DNA from: Candidatus Marinacidobacterales bacterium
GTDB lineage: Bacteria > Acidobacteriota > Vicinamibacteria > Marinacidobacterales > DATDRI01
Direction: 5' to 3'
Assembly: GCA_965197825.1 (NCBI GenBank)
Contig: CBDANW010000003.1
Location: 2,121,566 to 2,185,565, forward strand
Length of the DNA: 64,000 bases
In this document: positions 36,398 to 46,225 of the stretch, in pieces
Numbering within the stretch: position 1 is the stretch's first letter
How the letters are laid out: each line of letters opens with the position of its first letter
Program-made: the position numbers and the translations under genes
The notes under the pieces: model-generated
Databases searched by the model: none
Told to the model about the DNA's origin: nothing
The model's input: only the letters and a program-made list of their open reading frames with translations

Positions 36398-36697
36398 ACC
36401 CCGTCCTGTGCCAAAACTCGGCCCTTTTGAAATAGACCACAAATTAGCAGCTTAGACGCCCTTGGAATCCGCGCAGAATCGAGGGTATTTCGCGCCGCAG
36501 GGCTGGCTTCCGACCCCTGGGCTGCGGGTGGCGAGCGACAGGCCCACCGGGGGTGCGCACGGCTGGCTCAAATCGGCTGCGGGGCAAGCTACGGGCAGAT
36601 GAGAGCGCGAACAAACGACGAAATCATGCAACCATGGTGCCGGCAGACCGGAGACTAATCAAGTTCGGTGCGCGCGGATGAATGAATAGAAGGCACA
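36398..36697. repeat. MITE-Y, a full copy of about 300 bp: the MITE-A end at left, the IS-Y transposase 5' remnant, then the IS-Y terminal 23-mer at right
   Basis: It starts gtcctgtgccaaaactcggcccttttgaaatagaccacaaattagcagcttag. The interior contains the reverse complement of 8062-8120. It ends cggatgaatgaatagaaggcaca. Confidence 0.55.
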
Positions 36698-36755
36698 GCG
36701 GAATTCGAATTGACCAAACCTCGAAATCATCCAGCACTCTATTTGCGCCAACTTC

Positions 36756-36921
36756 GGTGCTTCCGCCATCAAGTGTTGGTGAGATGACGCTAAGGCTATA
36801 TGGTGCATTAAATTACAGCCCAAATAGCGCTCGTGACCTTCGCTGCACGCTAAATGGAGCGTAAGCGCCTCTTTTGCAAAGGGATGCGCACACATCACCA
36901 ACAGTAAATGGCGCAAGCACC
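36756..36921. repeat. MITE-B copy
   Basis: ggtgcttccgccatcaagtgttggtgagatgacgctaagg...tcaccaacagtaaatggcgcaagcacc. Confidence 0.6.
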
Positions 36922-37043
36922 GCCGGTGATTTCGCCGTCGTCGGCGAAGGAAGGCGTGGCGGCAAGCAGGGCTACGAGAACAAGGGAAGTGCGCAAGTTT
37001 TTCAATTGGGACATCCGGTCTCCTCTAAGATGGTCTCTTCTTC

Positions 37044-37886
37044 CTAGTACACTTCGGGAACAAAAGTCTGTTCGGTGATCGGCGGCCGAACGTAACCGAC
37101 GTTCTCCTGGCGATCCGGCAATTTGATCTTGGGGTCCTTGAGCTCATTGTAGGGAATCTGATCTAGCAAGTGAGCGATTACATTGAGTCGGGCCCGCTTC
37201 TTGTCGTCCGCACGCACGACGAACCAGGGCGCTTGCTTGATGTCGGTGTATTTGAACATCTCGTCCTTGGCCATCGAGTACTCGACCCATTTCCCGCGCG
37301 ATTTCAAGTCCATCTCGCTGATCTTCCAGCGGCGCATGGGGTCCTTGATGCGCTGTTTGAACCGACGCTCCTGTTCTTCATCGCTCACCGAGAACCAGTA
37401 CTTGATGACCTGAACGCCGGAACGAACCAGCATGCGCTCGAACTCCGGTGCGGAACGGAGGAACTCTTGATACTCCTCCTCGGTACAGAACCCCATCACC
37501 CGCTCGACGCCCGCCCGGTTGTACCAGCTTCGATCGAAGAGAACCATCTCTCCCGCGGTCGGGAGGTGAGCGACGTAGCGTTGGAAGTACCATTGCGTTT
37601 TCTCTCGCTCGGTGGGCGTCCCGAGCGCCACCACCCGGCAGATGCGCGGATTGAGACTTTGCGTAATGCGTCGGATGGAGCCACCCTTGCCCGCCGCATC
37701 TCGGCCCTCGAAGATCACGACGACCTTGAGGCCCTTGTCCTTGATCCACTTCTGAAGCTTGACCAGCTCTACTTGGAAACCGGCGAGGACCTTCTCATAG
37801 ATTTTGTTCTTGATCTTCTTGCGATTCGGTTGGCTGATGTCCGGGTTGTCGAGACTTACCTTGTTTTCTACTCTGTTCTTTGCCAT
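37044..37886 (-). CDS. ppk2: Polyphosphate kinase 2 family protein (PPK2)
   Basis: VVIFEGRDAAGKGGSIRRITQSLNPR...QRYVAHLPTAGEMVLFDRSWYNRAGVERVMGF... matches the PPK2 Walker A and lid motifs. ATG at 37884-37886. Confidence 0.85.
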   Translation of the reverse strand: MAKNRVENKVSLDNPDISQPNRKKIKNKIYEKVLAGFQVELVKLQKWIKDKGLKVVVIFEGRDAAGKGGSIRRITQSLNPRICRVVALGTPTEREKTQWYFQRYVAHLPTAGEMVLFDRSWYNRAGVERVMGFCTEEEYQEFLRSAPEFERMLVRSGVQVIKYWFSVSDEEQERRFKQRIKDPMRRWKISEMDLKSRGKWVEYSMAKDEMFKYTDIKQAPWFVVRADDKKRARLNVIAHLLDQIPYNELKDPKIKLPDRQENVGYVRPPITEQTFVPEVY

Positions 37887-37895
37887 GGCGATCAC

Positions 37896-38411
37896 TTAGT
37901 TGGAGTTGTTGTTTCCGCGTACGCACCACACCGAGCCCTTCATGGTGCTGGCGGTGGAGAACGGAAAGCCGTTGCAACCGTCATATGTACCGCACTGCAT
38001 CACGATCTCCCTGACGCTCGATTCGTGGGGGGTCAGGAATCGGCTGCTCGACCAAAACCCACCGCCACCCCGAAAGTTTTGTCCCTTGTCGGACTTGAAC
38101 GGGTGGCCGGCTGGTAGCCGAGGTTCTCGACCGGTCCGCCCACCAACCTCCAAAAGGCTGGTGAACTCCTCCGCGGTAGGAAGACGCCATCCCATACGCT
38201 TTCCAGATTGGGCTTGCCAGCAATACTGCAACGCACCCTGCCAATTAAGACCATCGTGACTCCCACCGATGTAGCGCTGCCATACCAACCCGGTCTCTCG
38301 GTCGAGTACTCCACTACCGTTGAAGACCAGTTCGAAACGCTTGGTCCCGGGGAGCCGTTGATTCCACGAGTAGAGCGGGAAGACCTTGGTGTCGTTCGGA
38401 TTGGGCTCCAC
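37896..38411 (-). CDS. DUF1566 (Lcl C-terminal-like) domain protein, 10 bp upstream of ppk2
   Basis: DRETGLVWQRYIGGSHDGLNWQGALQYCWQAQSGKRMGWRLPTAEEFTSLLEVGG matches DUF1566. GTG start at 38409-38411. Confidence 0.55.
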   Translation of the reverse strand: MEPNPNDTKVFPLYSWNQRLPGTKRFELVFNGSGVLDRETGLVWQRYIGGSHDGLNWQGALQYCWQAQSGKRMGWRLPTAEEFTSLLEVGGRTGREPRLPAGHPFKSDKGQNFRGGGGFWSSSRFLTPHESSVREIVMQCGTYDGCNGFPFSTASTMKGSVWCVRGNNNSN

Positions 38412-38543
38412 CGCGGTAAGATCTTCTTGACCGATTTGGCTCGTGGCTGCTGCGTTTCCGCGCGTGCGCCCAGGTGGGTCGCCATCACGACCAATAGTCC
38501 CACGAATACACTTGCCCCACTTTGGTTTTCATCGTTAACCTCC

Positions 38544-38957
38544 TCAGTGGGCGTGACCTCTCTCAGCGGGATGCTCATGCGTGATGTTCCATTTCACATC
38601 CTTGGCCGTAAAGCCATCCACCATTCCGTTGCCATTGTGCCAACCGAGACCGCATCCGGGGCAGACCTCTTTCTTGGCCTCGACGTTCGGGTAGCAGGCA
38701 CATTGTCCTTCATGGAGAGCGCACCAATTGCAGCTCGGAAAGGTGCAACAGCTGTATTTGCCGGCGTTGGCCAGCTCGGACTTGGTGTCGTCGAGCACCG
38801 CATTGATTTTCTCCATTTGCTCAGCAGGTGATAGCTTGACGGGTTCCTCTTTCATGGGAGGCTCCGCCGGCTCAGCTTGCTGCGCCTGCTGCGCGGGTTG
38901 GCACGAAACGAGTCCGAACAGAAGGGCAATTGCCCCCAACACATGGAATGTCTTCAT
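38544..38957 (-). CDS. Cys-rich lipoprotein of the PCYCGC-motif family with a His-rich C-terminus; putative metal-binding
   Basis: Lipoprotein signal MKTFHVLGAIALLFGLVSC. Cys cluster CCTFPSCNWCALHEGQCACYPN...CPGCGLGWHNG. C-terminus HEHPAERGHAH. Confidence 0.5.
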   Translation of the reverse strand: MKTFHVLGAIALLFGLVSCQPAQQAQQAEPAEPPMKEEPVKLSPAEQMEKINAVLDDTKSELANAGKYSCCTFPSCNWCALHEGQCACYPNVEAKKEVCPGCGLGWHNGNGMVDGFTAKDVKWNITHEHPAERGHAH

Positions 38958-38982
38958 CACTGGCCCTGCTCCTTTCTTGGTA

Positions 38983-39235
38983 TCACTTCGGGAAATTCAT
39001 TCGAGCTAGCATGTCCTGGAATCTCGGATCGCCGCGGATCGGATCGTACTGCGGTTCTACCTGAAGGTACACCAGGCCTCGCGTTCGTTCTTTGTAGCCT
39101 TGTTCTAGGAACTCGAACGCCCGTTCTTTATCTCCCAGGCGACAGTAGATCATCGCGATGCTCGTCGGTTGCGCACCACCGCGCGGGGCGGCTTTCAATG
39201 AATCGGCCCACGCTCTCAGCGCCCCCGTCCTGTGC
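38983..39235 (-). pseudogene. C-terminal fragment of a TPR-repeat protein, truncated at 5' by MITE insertion
   Basis: ...SIAMIYCRLGDKERAFEFLEQGYKERTRGLVYLQVEPQYDPIRGDPRFQDMLARMNFPK. Upstream of it the ORF translates MITE sequence. Confidence 0.45.
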
Positions 39236-39838
39236 CAAAACTTGGCCCAGCCGGCATCGACGAAAGAACTGCGTCTATCGAAATCAGGCAAAACTCTAGC
39301 ACGCGAACAGGTTACGCAGCGGCCGCCAACACTTGACTGCGGAAGCACCCATCGGGGGATCGGTTGCGTGTCCTTCATCATTATTATAGTCGGCACCCTG
39401 AGCATCAGCGGGGGAACCGTCTGGCGCAGCGGGCTTCTGGTCAGGCTCCATCGTTGTCCTCCGCCGTGATTCGGCCACGGCCGCTCCGCGATAGGCGGGG
39501 TGGACACGGACTCTATGCCGTCCTGTGCCAAAACTCGGCCCTCTTGAAATAGCCGATAAATCAGCAGCTTAGCGTCTGTGTTTTGCGACGGTGCCAAGGG
39601 CTGTGGGCTTTACAATCGTCTGGCCCGAGGGTGTTATCTTCGGATCCATCATGACGTACCATGTGCAAATCCTACTGTTGGTCAGGCAGCCGTTGTTCGA
39701 TCGGGCAGCCCTGCTGCTCACACAGACCTCATGGGTGCTTCCGCCATTAAGTGTTGGTAAAATGGCGCTAAGACTTTACGGTGCATTAAATTACAGCCAT
39801 GGTCTTTCAAAAGGGCCAAGTTTTGGCACAGGACGGGG
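39236..39838. repeat. MITE pile-up: a composite (A-TIR, MITE-C right half, repeat E, A-TIR) at 39236-39535, followed by a 318-bp MITE-A/B composite at 39521-39838
   Basis: Repeat E (39352-39480) recurs at 43991-44145. 39521-39838 is the reverse complement of 45658-45952. Together with MITE-C at 39849-40091 this gives about 860 bp of contiguous MITEs. Confidence 0.55.
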
Positions 39839-39848
39839 GACGAGATCG

Positions 39849-40091
39849 GGTGCTTCCGCCATCAAGTGTTGCTACGCCGTGTTTGAATGCTAGTGTCAGC
39901 TGGCCTGCCTGTATCGGCGAACGCCATTAATAAGGATGACGGCGTGCACACGAAGGTGTCCCTGAACGTCAGGCACCGTGTGGTCAGCCCAGCCCGCATC
40001 GCCGAAAGAACTGCGTCTCTCGAAATCAGGCTCAAACTCTAGCACACGAGCGGGTTACGCGGCAGCCACCAACACTTGATGACGGAAGCAC
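39849..40091. repeat. MITE-C full copy
   Basis: ggtgcttccgccatcaagtgttgctacgccgtgtttgaatgctagtgtcagctgg...caccaacacttgatgacggaagcacc. Confidence 0.65.
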
Positions 40092-40148
40092 CACCTACAT
40101 CATGAACGCGTCGTTCTTGTGCTCTTCTTCGGCAACTCCGTCTCTTTC

Positions 40149-40508
40149 TCATGCAGTCATTTCTATGAGAGTAGCGGTTTTCGAGCCGCGTGTAAGAGCA
40201 ACGTAGAGGTCGTAGTAGCCGCCCCAGTTCCTCTGCCAGTCCGGTCCGCGCAGGACTACCGCATGATCGTATTCGAGCTCCTTGACGAGCAACGTGCTGC
40301 CTATAGCACGGTAAACATGGCTGCGGTTGTGAAACCGTCTTCGGGCGATCTCCTCAGCGTACAGGCTGTCCATCATCATTATTAATCCGGGACTGGACTC
40401 TAGGGCCCGGACCGCCCTCGAGCACATGCTGGAGAGCGTGGTCAGCGCGCGAGGGAAGGTGCTGAGGACGAACTTCTCGGCGACCAGCCGAGTAACGCGA
40501 GCGACCAA
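40149..40508 (-). pseudogene. C-terminal fragment of a superfamily-1 helicase (AAA_12/UvrD-C-like)
   Basis: ...SLYAEEIARRRFHNRSHVYRAIGSTLLVKELEYDHAVVLRGPDW...YDLYVALTRGSKTATLIE matches the SF1 helicase C-terminal motifs V-VI. Confidence 0.4.
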
Positions 40509-40514
40509 GCTGAC

Positions 40515-41563
40515 TCAGGCTGCCTCTCGCCACTCGTATCGATGGTGCAGTCCACCGACTCGCGGCAGTGCGACTACTTTCGCCGTAGGAGACGGTCGGT
40601 GCGTGACCGTTCTCAAGCTCGGTGTGTCCTTGTTCAGCCCCAAGTGGCAACGGTCCTCGTGATAGTAGCTGATGTAAGCTCGCACGAGCCGGATGAGATG
40701 ACGTGCGCCGAGAACCACGACGTGCTCAAGGAGCTCGCGACGGCAGCTGCCGACCCACCGCTCCGCAGTTCCGTTTTGCCATGGGCTGCGAAACGAAGTG
40801 CGAACGGGTTTTGTGCCCGTTGCATTGATGAACTCGATGACCGCAGCGCTAAAGATGAAGTCGCGATCGAAGATGAGATATTTCGGAGCGGTGTCGTAGG
40901 GAAACGCCTCACGCAGTTGCTGAATAACCCAAGCAGACGTCGGGTGGAAGGTGGCGTTGAAGTGAACGATGTGCCGACGGCCGTGCTCGATGACGAAGAA
41001 GCCGTACAGCAGCCGGAGCGACGCGGTGGGCACGGTGAACAGATCCATGGCGGCGATATCGTCTTTATGGTTGCGCAAGAAAGCCATCCATCGCTTCAGC
41101 TGGTCGGGCTCCGCGGGACGCCGCGCAGGTATCGCGACACCGTGCTCTCGGAGATGATGAAACCAAGCTTGGTGAGCTCAGCATGGATGCGTGGCGCCCC
41201 CCAGCCGTCTTGCGCCATCGTGCGGACGAGGCGGCGAATCTCGGCATCAATCCGAGGCCGACCGGGATGGCGGCGCTGCGAGATCTTTGCCCAGTACCGT
41301 CGGAATCGGTCGCGATGCCAACGGGCCACGGTGTCCGCGTGGACGATGAGCAGGCGGCTCGCCCACACGGGCCACGAACCTCGAAGGGCAACCCAGAAAG
41401 CCCGTTCCGTGTCGTCGAGCGGTGGGCGTGGGCGCTCTTTCTTCAGCGCCGTCACTTGCTGCCACAAAGCAACGTTCTCCAACACCAGGTCGGCGCGGTG
41501 CCGACACATCACCCGAATGGCACGGACGCCAAGTGAGACGAGGAAGACAACAACGTCGAGCAT
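40515..41563 (-). pseudogene. IS481-like DDE transposase split into two ORFs (HTH at 41096..41563, rve core at 40515..41087); frameshifted or a programmed shift
   Basis: N-terminal ...LENVALWQQVTALKKERPRPPLDDTERAFWVAL...GRPRIDAEIRRLVRTMAQDGWGAPRIHAELTKLG. Core ...YLIFDRDFIFSAAVIEFINATGTKPVRTSFRSPWQNGTAERWVGSCRRE. Confidence 0.55.
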
Positions 41564-41679
41564 AGCGGCGGAGTTTCGCCGTCTTCGGCCCAGAATTCAA
41601 GCGGAGCGTAAGTCCTTGATTTCGTGGGCGAAGCAGTTTTGACGATGCACAGGACGGATCCGGCTGTGAAGCTGAGGAA

Positions 41680-43845
41680 CTAGCCAGGAGCTGGCTTGTC
41701 CCGCTTCTTCGTGGGCTCGAACCTTAAAGGGACGCGGCCAGTCCGAGCAGTGGTTTTCGGTTTTGTGGGTTGCCTGTTCTGGGGTCTTGCTCGTCGTTCG
41801 TGTAGCCGTCGGAGCACCAAGTAGAAGTCTTCCTGCATCCGGACCGACTTGTTGCCGGGGGTGCGTTGGTAGCGATTGTCAAGCGTCTGATCGAGGATGC
41901 GGACCTTGGTATTGTCCTCCCACTGAAGGTCTAGAAACGACTGCAGCTCGTTCTGAAGTGAGGTGTCGTAGATGGGGACACCCACCTCAACTCGCCCGTC
42001 CAAGTTTCGTGGCATCCAGTCCGCCGATGAAATGAAATACTTGGGTGCTCCGCCGTTACAGAAAACCATGATACGGGAGTGCTCGAGGTATTTGTCTACG
42101 ATACCCATTGCCTTGATCCCATCGGCTCGTTCCACCTCATCGGGTAGCATCGAGAACATTCCTCTTACGTTCAGTCTCAGTTTCACCCCCGCATCGCACG
42201 CGTCGTAAAGAAGGCCGATGAGCTCGGGGTCGGTAAGATTGTTGAGCTTCAAATCGATGAACGCTTGGCGACCTCGGCTGGCATTCTTGGCCTCATTTCG
42301 AATCAGCTTCGCCAACCGCGGGCGCACGTTGAAAGGAGAGACGATCAAATGCTTATAGGCATCAACCGGGTACTTGCTTTCGAAGAAATCGAAAATCGTA
42401 CGAACCTCCCGCGTCAACCGGCTGTCAGCAGTCAGTAAGGCATGGTCGCTGTAGATTTTCGTCGTGTCATCGTTGAAGTTTCCCGTTCCGACAACCGCAC
42501 AGTAGAGCGTTTGGCGCTTCACTCTGCGCTCAATCAAGCATAGTTTCGAGTGGACCTTGAGCTCAGGGACGCCATGGATGACGCGAACGCCCTCGTCTTC
42601 GAGCCGGTTTGCTAGCTCGATGTTGGTCATTTCGTCGAAACGGGCCCTCAGCTCGATGACCGCCGTGACATCCTTGCGGTTTTGCACCGCGTTGATGAGG
42701 GCGTTAACCACCGCAGAGTCTCTCGCGATCCGATAGAGGGTCGTCTTTATCGAGGTCACATACGGGTCGATGGCAGCTTCTCTGAGAAGCGCGACCACAG
42801 ACTCGAAAGACTGATAGGGAAAGTGGAGAAGCACGTCTCGTTTGGCTACCGTAGTAAGGAAACTCCCCTGCGAACTCAAATGTCGGTTCGCGAGTGCAGA
42901 GCGAGGTTCGTCCCGTAACGAGCTCGACCCAACACGTGGGAACTTCATAAAGTCTTTGAAGTTGTGATACTTCGCGCCCGGAATCAAAGTATCCTGCCTC
43001 GTCAAGCGGAGCTTGCTGGTCAGAAATTTCAGCAGCGGTGGCGATATGTCGGCATCATAGACGAAACGGACCGGAGCGCCCTGCGTTCTTTGTTTCAAGC
43101 TCTTGGTGACTTTGCGGATGTAGCTCTCCGAGAGATCGCTTTCGATGTCGAGCTCCGCGTCTCGAGAGACTTTGATTGTGAATGCCTCCAACCGGTCGAC
43201 GTTCAGGAGAGAAAAGATGTCGCCCAAACAGAACCGGATGACATCATCGACCAAAATGATGAAGTAATCGCCGTTCGGAGACGGCAACTGCAAGAACCTT
43301 TCTGGACCGCTCTGGGGCACTTCGATGAGCGCATATTTGGCCTTGACCACGCGAGCTCTCTCGGGAAACAAGATCGCCAAATAGATCGATTCGTCACGAA
43401 GCGTCGGGAACTTGTCCCGAGGGTGGAGCATGATGGGCATCAATTTGGAGCGTAGGTGGGTCTGGAAGTAGTCTCTGATGAACTCCCCTTGTTCGCTAGT
43501 CAATTGCTCGTTGTTGACAATAAAGATCCTCTCTTTGGCCAACTCCTTCAGAACCTGGTTATACGTCGCGTCGAAATCTCGATGCAGGGCCAGCGACGTC
43601 TCTTGGATCTCCTTCAGTACCTTCTTTGGGTCGTATCCCAAGATCCGTCTGGCTTTCTTCCTTAGCTGCGCGATACGTCTCAGAGTGGCCACCCGGACAC
43701 GGAAGAACTCGTCAAGATTGGAGGAATAAATTCCCAAGAACTTGATGCGCTCCAGTATGGGAACCTTAGGGTCGGCGGCTTCTTGGAGGACCCGGGCATT
43801 GAAAGAGAGCCAACTCAGCTCCTTGGCCCGAAGATTCGTCTTCAT
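41680..43845 (-). CDS. ppk: Polyphosphate kinase 1 (PPK1)
   Basis: MKTNLRAKELSWLSFNARVLQEAADPKVPILERIKFLGIYSSNLDEFFRVRVA matches the conserved PPK1 N-terminus. Length about 721 aa. ATG at 43843-43845. The upstream 45 bp is MITE sequence. Confidence 0.85.
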   Translation of the reverse strand: MKTNLRAKELSWLSFNARVLQEAADPKVPILERIKFLGIYSSNLDEFFRVRVATLRRIAQLRKKARRILGYDPKKVLKEIQETSLALHRDFDATYNQVLKELAKERIFIVNNEQLTSEQGEFIRDYFQTHLRSKLMPIMLHPRDKFPTLRDESIYLAILFPERARVVKAKYALIEVPQSGPERFLQLPSPNGDYFIILVDDVIRFCLGDIFSLLNVDRLEAFTIKVSRDAELDIESDLSESYIRKVTKSLKQRTQGAPVRFVYDADISPPLLKFLTSKLRLTRQDTLIPGAKYHNFKDFMKFPRVGSSSLRDEPRSALANRHLSSQGSFLTTVAKRDVLLHFPYQSFESVVALLREAAIDPYVTSIKTTLYRIARDSAVVNALINAVQNRKDVTAVIELRARFDEMTNIELANRLEDEGVRVIHGVPELKVHSKLCLIERRVKRQTLYCAVVGTGNFNDDTTKIYSDHALLTADSRLTREVRTIFDFFESKYPVDAYKHLIVSPFNVRPRLAKLIRNEAKNASRGRQAFIDLKLNNLTDPELIGLLYDACDAGVKLRLNVRGMFSMLPDEVERADGIKAMGIVDKYLEHSRIMVFCNGGAPKYFISSADWMPRNLDGRVEVGVPIYDTSLQNELQSFLDLQWEDNTKVRILDQTLDNRYQRTPGNKSVRMQEDFYLVLRRLHERRARPQNRQPTKPKTTARTGRVPLRFEPTKKRDKPAPG

Positions 43846-43877
43846 AAGAGAAAAGACCCTTTCAATGGCGAAAAGCC

Positions 43878-44160
43878 CGTCCTGTGCCAAAACTCGGCCC
43901 AGCCGGCATCGACGAAAGAACTGCGCCTCTCGAAATCAGGCTAAGACTCTAGCACGCGAACAGGTTACGCGGCGGCCGCCAACACTTGACTGCGGAAGCA
44001 CCCATCGGTGCATCGGTTGCGTGTCCTTCATCATCATTATTATCGGCACCCTGAGCATCAGCGGGGGAACCGTCCGGCGCAGCGGGCTTCTGGTCAGGCG
44101 CCATCGTTGTCCTCCGCCGTGATTCGGCCACGGGTGCTCCGCGATAGGCGGGGCGGACAC
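43878..44160. repeat. Composite MITE (A-TIR, MITE-C right half, repeat E) without the distal end
   Basis: Near-identical to 39236-39500. Confidence 0.5.
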
Positions 44161-44165
44161 GAACT

Positions 44166-44789
44166 CTATGCAGTCGGACGCGGATGCCCCGCCGCCAATA
44201 GCGCCTTCTGAACTCTCCGCAGAACATCGGGTGCTTTCAGCATTTCGCTACTAAAGTGAGGATCGGAGGGGAGCACCAAGTCGCATACACGTCCATTTTT
44301 ATCCAGTTTGTAGAATATGACAGTGGCTCGTCTATCGGGAGCCTTTCCTTCGTGAGCTGCTCCTTTTGCTTGTGGCCCCCACCTCTCGGGGAACCGCCGC
44401 GCGAGCAGCCACATCGAAGCCTCGCAGTTCGGCGGGCGAAACTTCGACACGATCGTAGCGTACTTGACCTTCCCGTCTTTCAACTGGCCGTTTAGAATTT
44501 CGCCGCCCTTGTATTTCACCGTCTGCTGGATAATCTTGCTCTCCTCGAGGGCGCTCCGATCGATGTTCTCGAGGTGAACCAATTCGAAGTGTACCAGGGC
44601 CTTCCGGACGGACTCGTAAAACTCATGAAATAGGCCGCTCTCTACCTTCCCACGTGCGAGCCACCTGCAAAGTGTCTCTGGGGTTATGCCAGCGGACTGC
44701 GTTGCATCCTTATAGCTCATCCCTGCTCGAACGCACCTGAGGATCTTCTCTTGGCGCTCGGGGGTGAGTTTAGTTTTCCGTCCAGCCAT
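44166..44789 (-). CDS. Phage terminase small-subunit-like protein (HTH), copy 1
   Basis: MAGRKTKLTPERQEKILRCVRAGMSYKDATQSAGITPETLCRWLARG (N-terminal HTH) and ...ASMWLLARRFPERWGP, the typical TerS C-terminal motif. ATG at 44787-44789. Confidence 0.45.
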   Translation of the reverse strand: MAGRKTKLTPERQEKILRCVRAGMSYKDATQSAGITPETLCRWLARGKVESGLFHEFYESVRKALVHFELVHLENIDRSALEESKIIQQTVKYKGGEILNGQLKDGKVKYATIVSKFRPPNCEASMWLLARRFPERWGPQAKGAAHEGKAPDRRATVIFYKLDKNGRVCDLVLPSDPHFSSEMLKAPDVLRRVQKALLAAGHPRPTA

Positions 44790-44915
44790 GTTTGGGGGAA
44801 TCTTAAAATTCACGGAATTGTCCGCGCTTGGCCTCTTTCCTGGCAATTGCGCAGTCTTATTCTCCCCCATTCGGCGCATACGTCCATTATCCGGTATCAG
44901 GTAAATGAGGGTGGG

Positions 44916-45380
44916 TTATCTATCGCGAGCCTCTCCTTCGTGAGCTTCTCCTCTTGCTCGTGGCCCCCACCTATCGGGGAACCGCCGCGCGAGCAGCCAC
45001 GCCGACCTCTTCCAGTTCCGCGGGCGAGACTCCGTCACGGTCGTAGCGTACTTGACCTTCCCGTCTTTCAACTGGCCGTTTAGGATTTCGCCGACCTCGT
45101 ATCTCTCCGTCTGCCGGGTGATCTTGCTCTCCTCGAGGGCGCTCCGCTCGATGTTCCCGAAGTGAACCCATTCGAAGTGTGCCAGGGCCTCCTGGACGGA
45201 CTCGTAAAATTCATGAAATAGGCCGCTCTCCGCCTTCTCCCCACGTGCGATCCACCTACAAAGCGTCTCTAGGGCTATGCCAGCGGACTCCGCTGCCGCC
45301 TTATAGGTCATCCCTGCTCGAACGCACTTGAGGATCTTCTCTTGGCGCTCGGGGGTGAGTTTGGTTTTCCGCCCAGCCAT
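44916..45380 (-). CDS. Phage terminase small-subunit-like protein, copy 2 (tandem paralog, about 75% identical)
   Basis: MAGRKTKLTPERQEKILKCVRAGMTYKAAAESAGIALETLCRWIARG...SAWLLARRFPDRWGP. ATG at 45378-45380. Confidence 0.45.
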   Translation of the reverse strand: MAGRKTKLTPERQEKILKCVRAGMTYKAAAESAGIALETLCRWIARGEKAESGLFHEFYESVQEALAHFEWVHFGNIERSALEESKITRQTERYEVGEILNGQLKDGKVKYATTVTESRPRNWKRSAWLLARRFPDRWGPRARGEAHEGEARDR

Positions 45381-45657
45381 GTTTCGGGAAATTTTACCAT
45401 AGGTTCCGTTCTTGATAAAATTGACGAGATAGGCTGCTCTTGGCCTGCTCCCCACGCGCGAAACAGGCGTAGAACGTGGCCTTATTGACGCCTGCGACGT
45501 CTGCGACCTACCCCCGGCATCCTTAGCCAGAACGCACTCCCGGATGGTTTTTGGCGCTCGGGGGGTCACTTTGTGTCCATTATTCTCTGTGAACTCCCTG
45601 TTTTTCACGGTTGCCAGCCGAGACCGGATAGCTCCAAACTGCACTATCCGCCATCCC

Positions 45658-45952
45658 GTCCTGTGCCAAAACTCGGCCCTTTTGAAAGACCATGGCTGTA
45701 ATTTAATGCACTGTAAAGTCTTAGTGTCATTTTGCCAACACTTAATGGTGGAAGCACCCATGAGGTCTGTGTGAGCGGCAGGGCTGCCTGACCAACAGTA
45801 GGAATTGCACATGGTACGTCATGATGGATCCGAAGATAACACCCTCGGGCCAGACGATTGTAAAGGCCACGGCCCTTGGCACCATCGCAAAACACAGACG
45901 CTAAGCTGCTGATTTATCGGCTATTTCAAGAGGGCCGAGTTTTGGCACAGGA
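45658..45952. repeat. MITE-A/B composite (295 bp), inverted relative to 39521-39838
   Basis: gtcctgtgccaaaactcggcccttttgaaagaccatggctgtaatttaatgcactg...gagggccgagttttggcacaggac. Confidence 0.6.
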
Positions 45953-45959
45953 CGGGATG

Positions 45960-46200
45960 ATCCTCGCATCACAGCAAGGGCCCTCCGAATAAAGAGCGGG
46001 TGAGAATCGGTTATAGCCGATAAAATGGATCGGTTATATAGTTGCGGCCGATTCGGTGGGTGCCTGAGCGAAAAGTGCCCGGATTTCGAGGCGATTTCGC
46101 AGATTATAACTGAAAAAAAGCCTCTAAAATATAACCGCTTTGGTATAACCGATATAACCTAGCGACCTAAGGCCACTTTTTCGGATTTCGAGCCTCTCAA
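45960..46200. other. AT-rich (about 45% GC) region with five or more copies of the tataacc/ggttata motif (iteron-like)
   Basis: atcggttatagccgat, atcggttatatagttg, gattataactg, aaatataaccgc, ggtataaccgatataacctagc all fall within about 170 bp. Confidence 0.5.
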
Positions 46201-46225
46201 TGCCCTGTTTGTATGGAATCCAGTG

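Noticed and set aside
44916-45812. ORF 44916..45812 (298 aa) as a long TerS variant
   Set aside because: The N-terminal 144 residues translate MITE-A/B sequence (..WSFKRAEFWHRTGW..). The conserved TerS-like protein starts at the internal ATG at 45378-45380.
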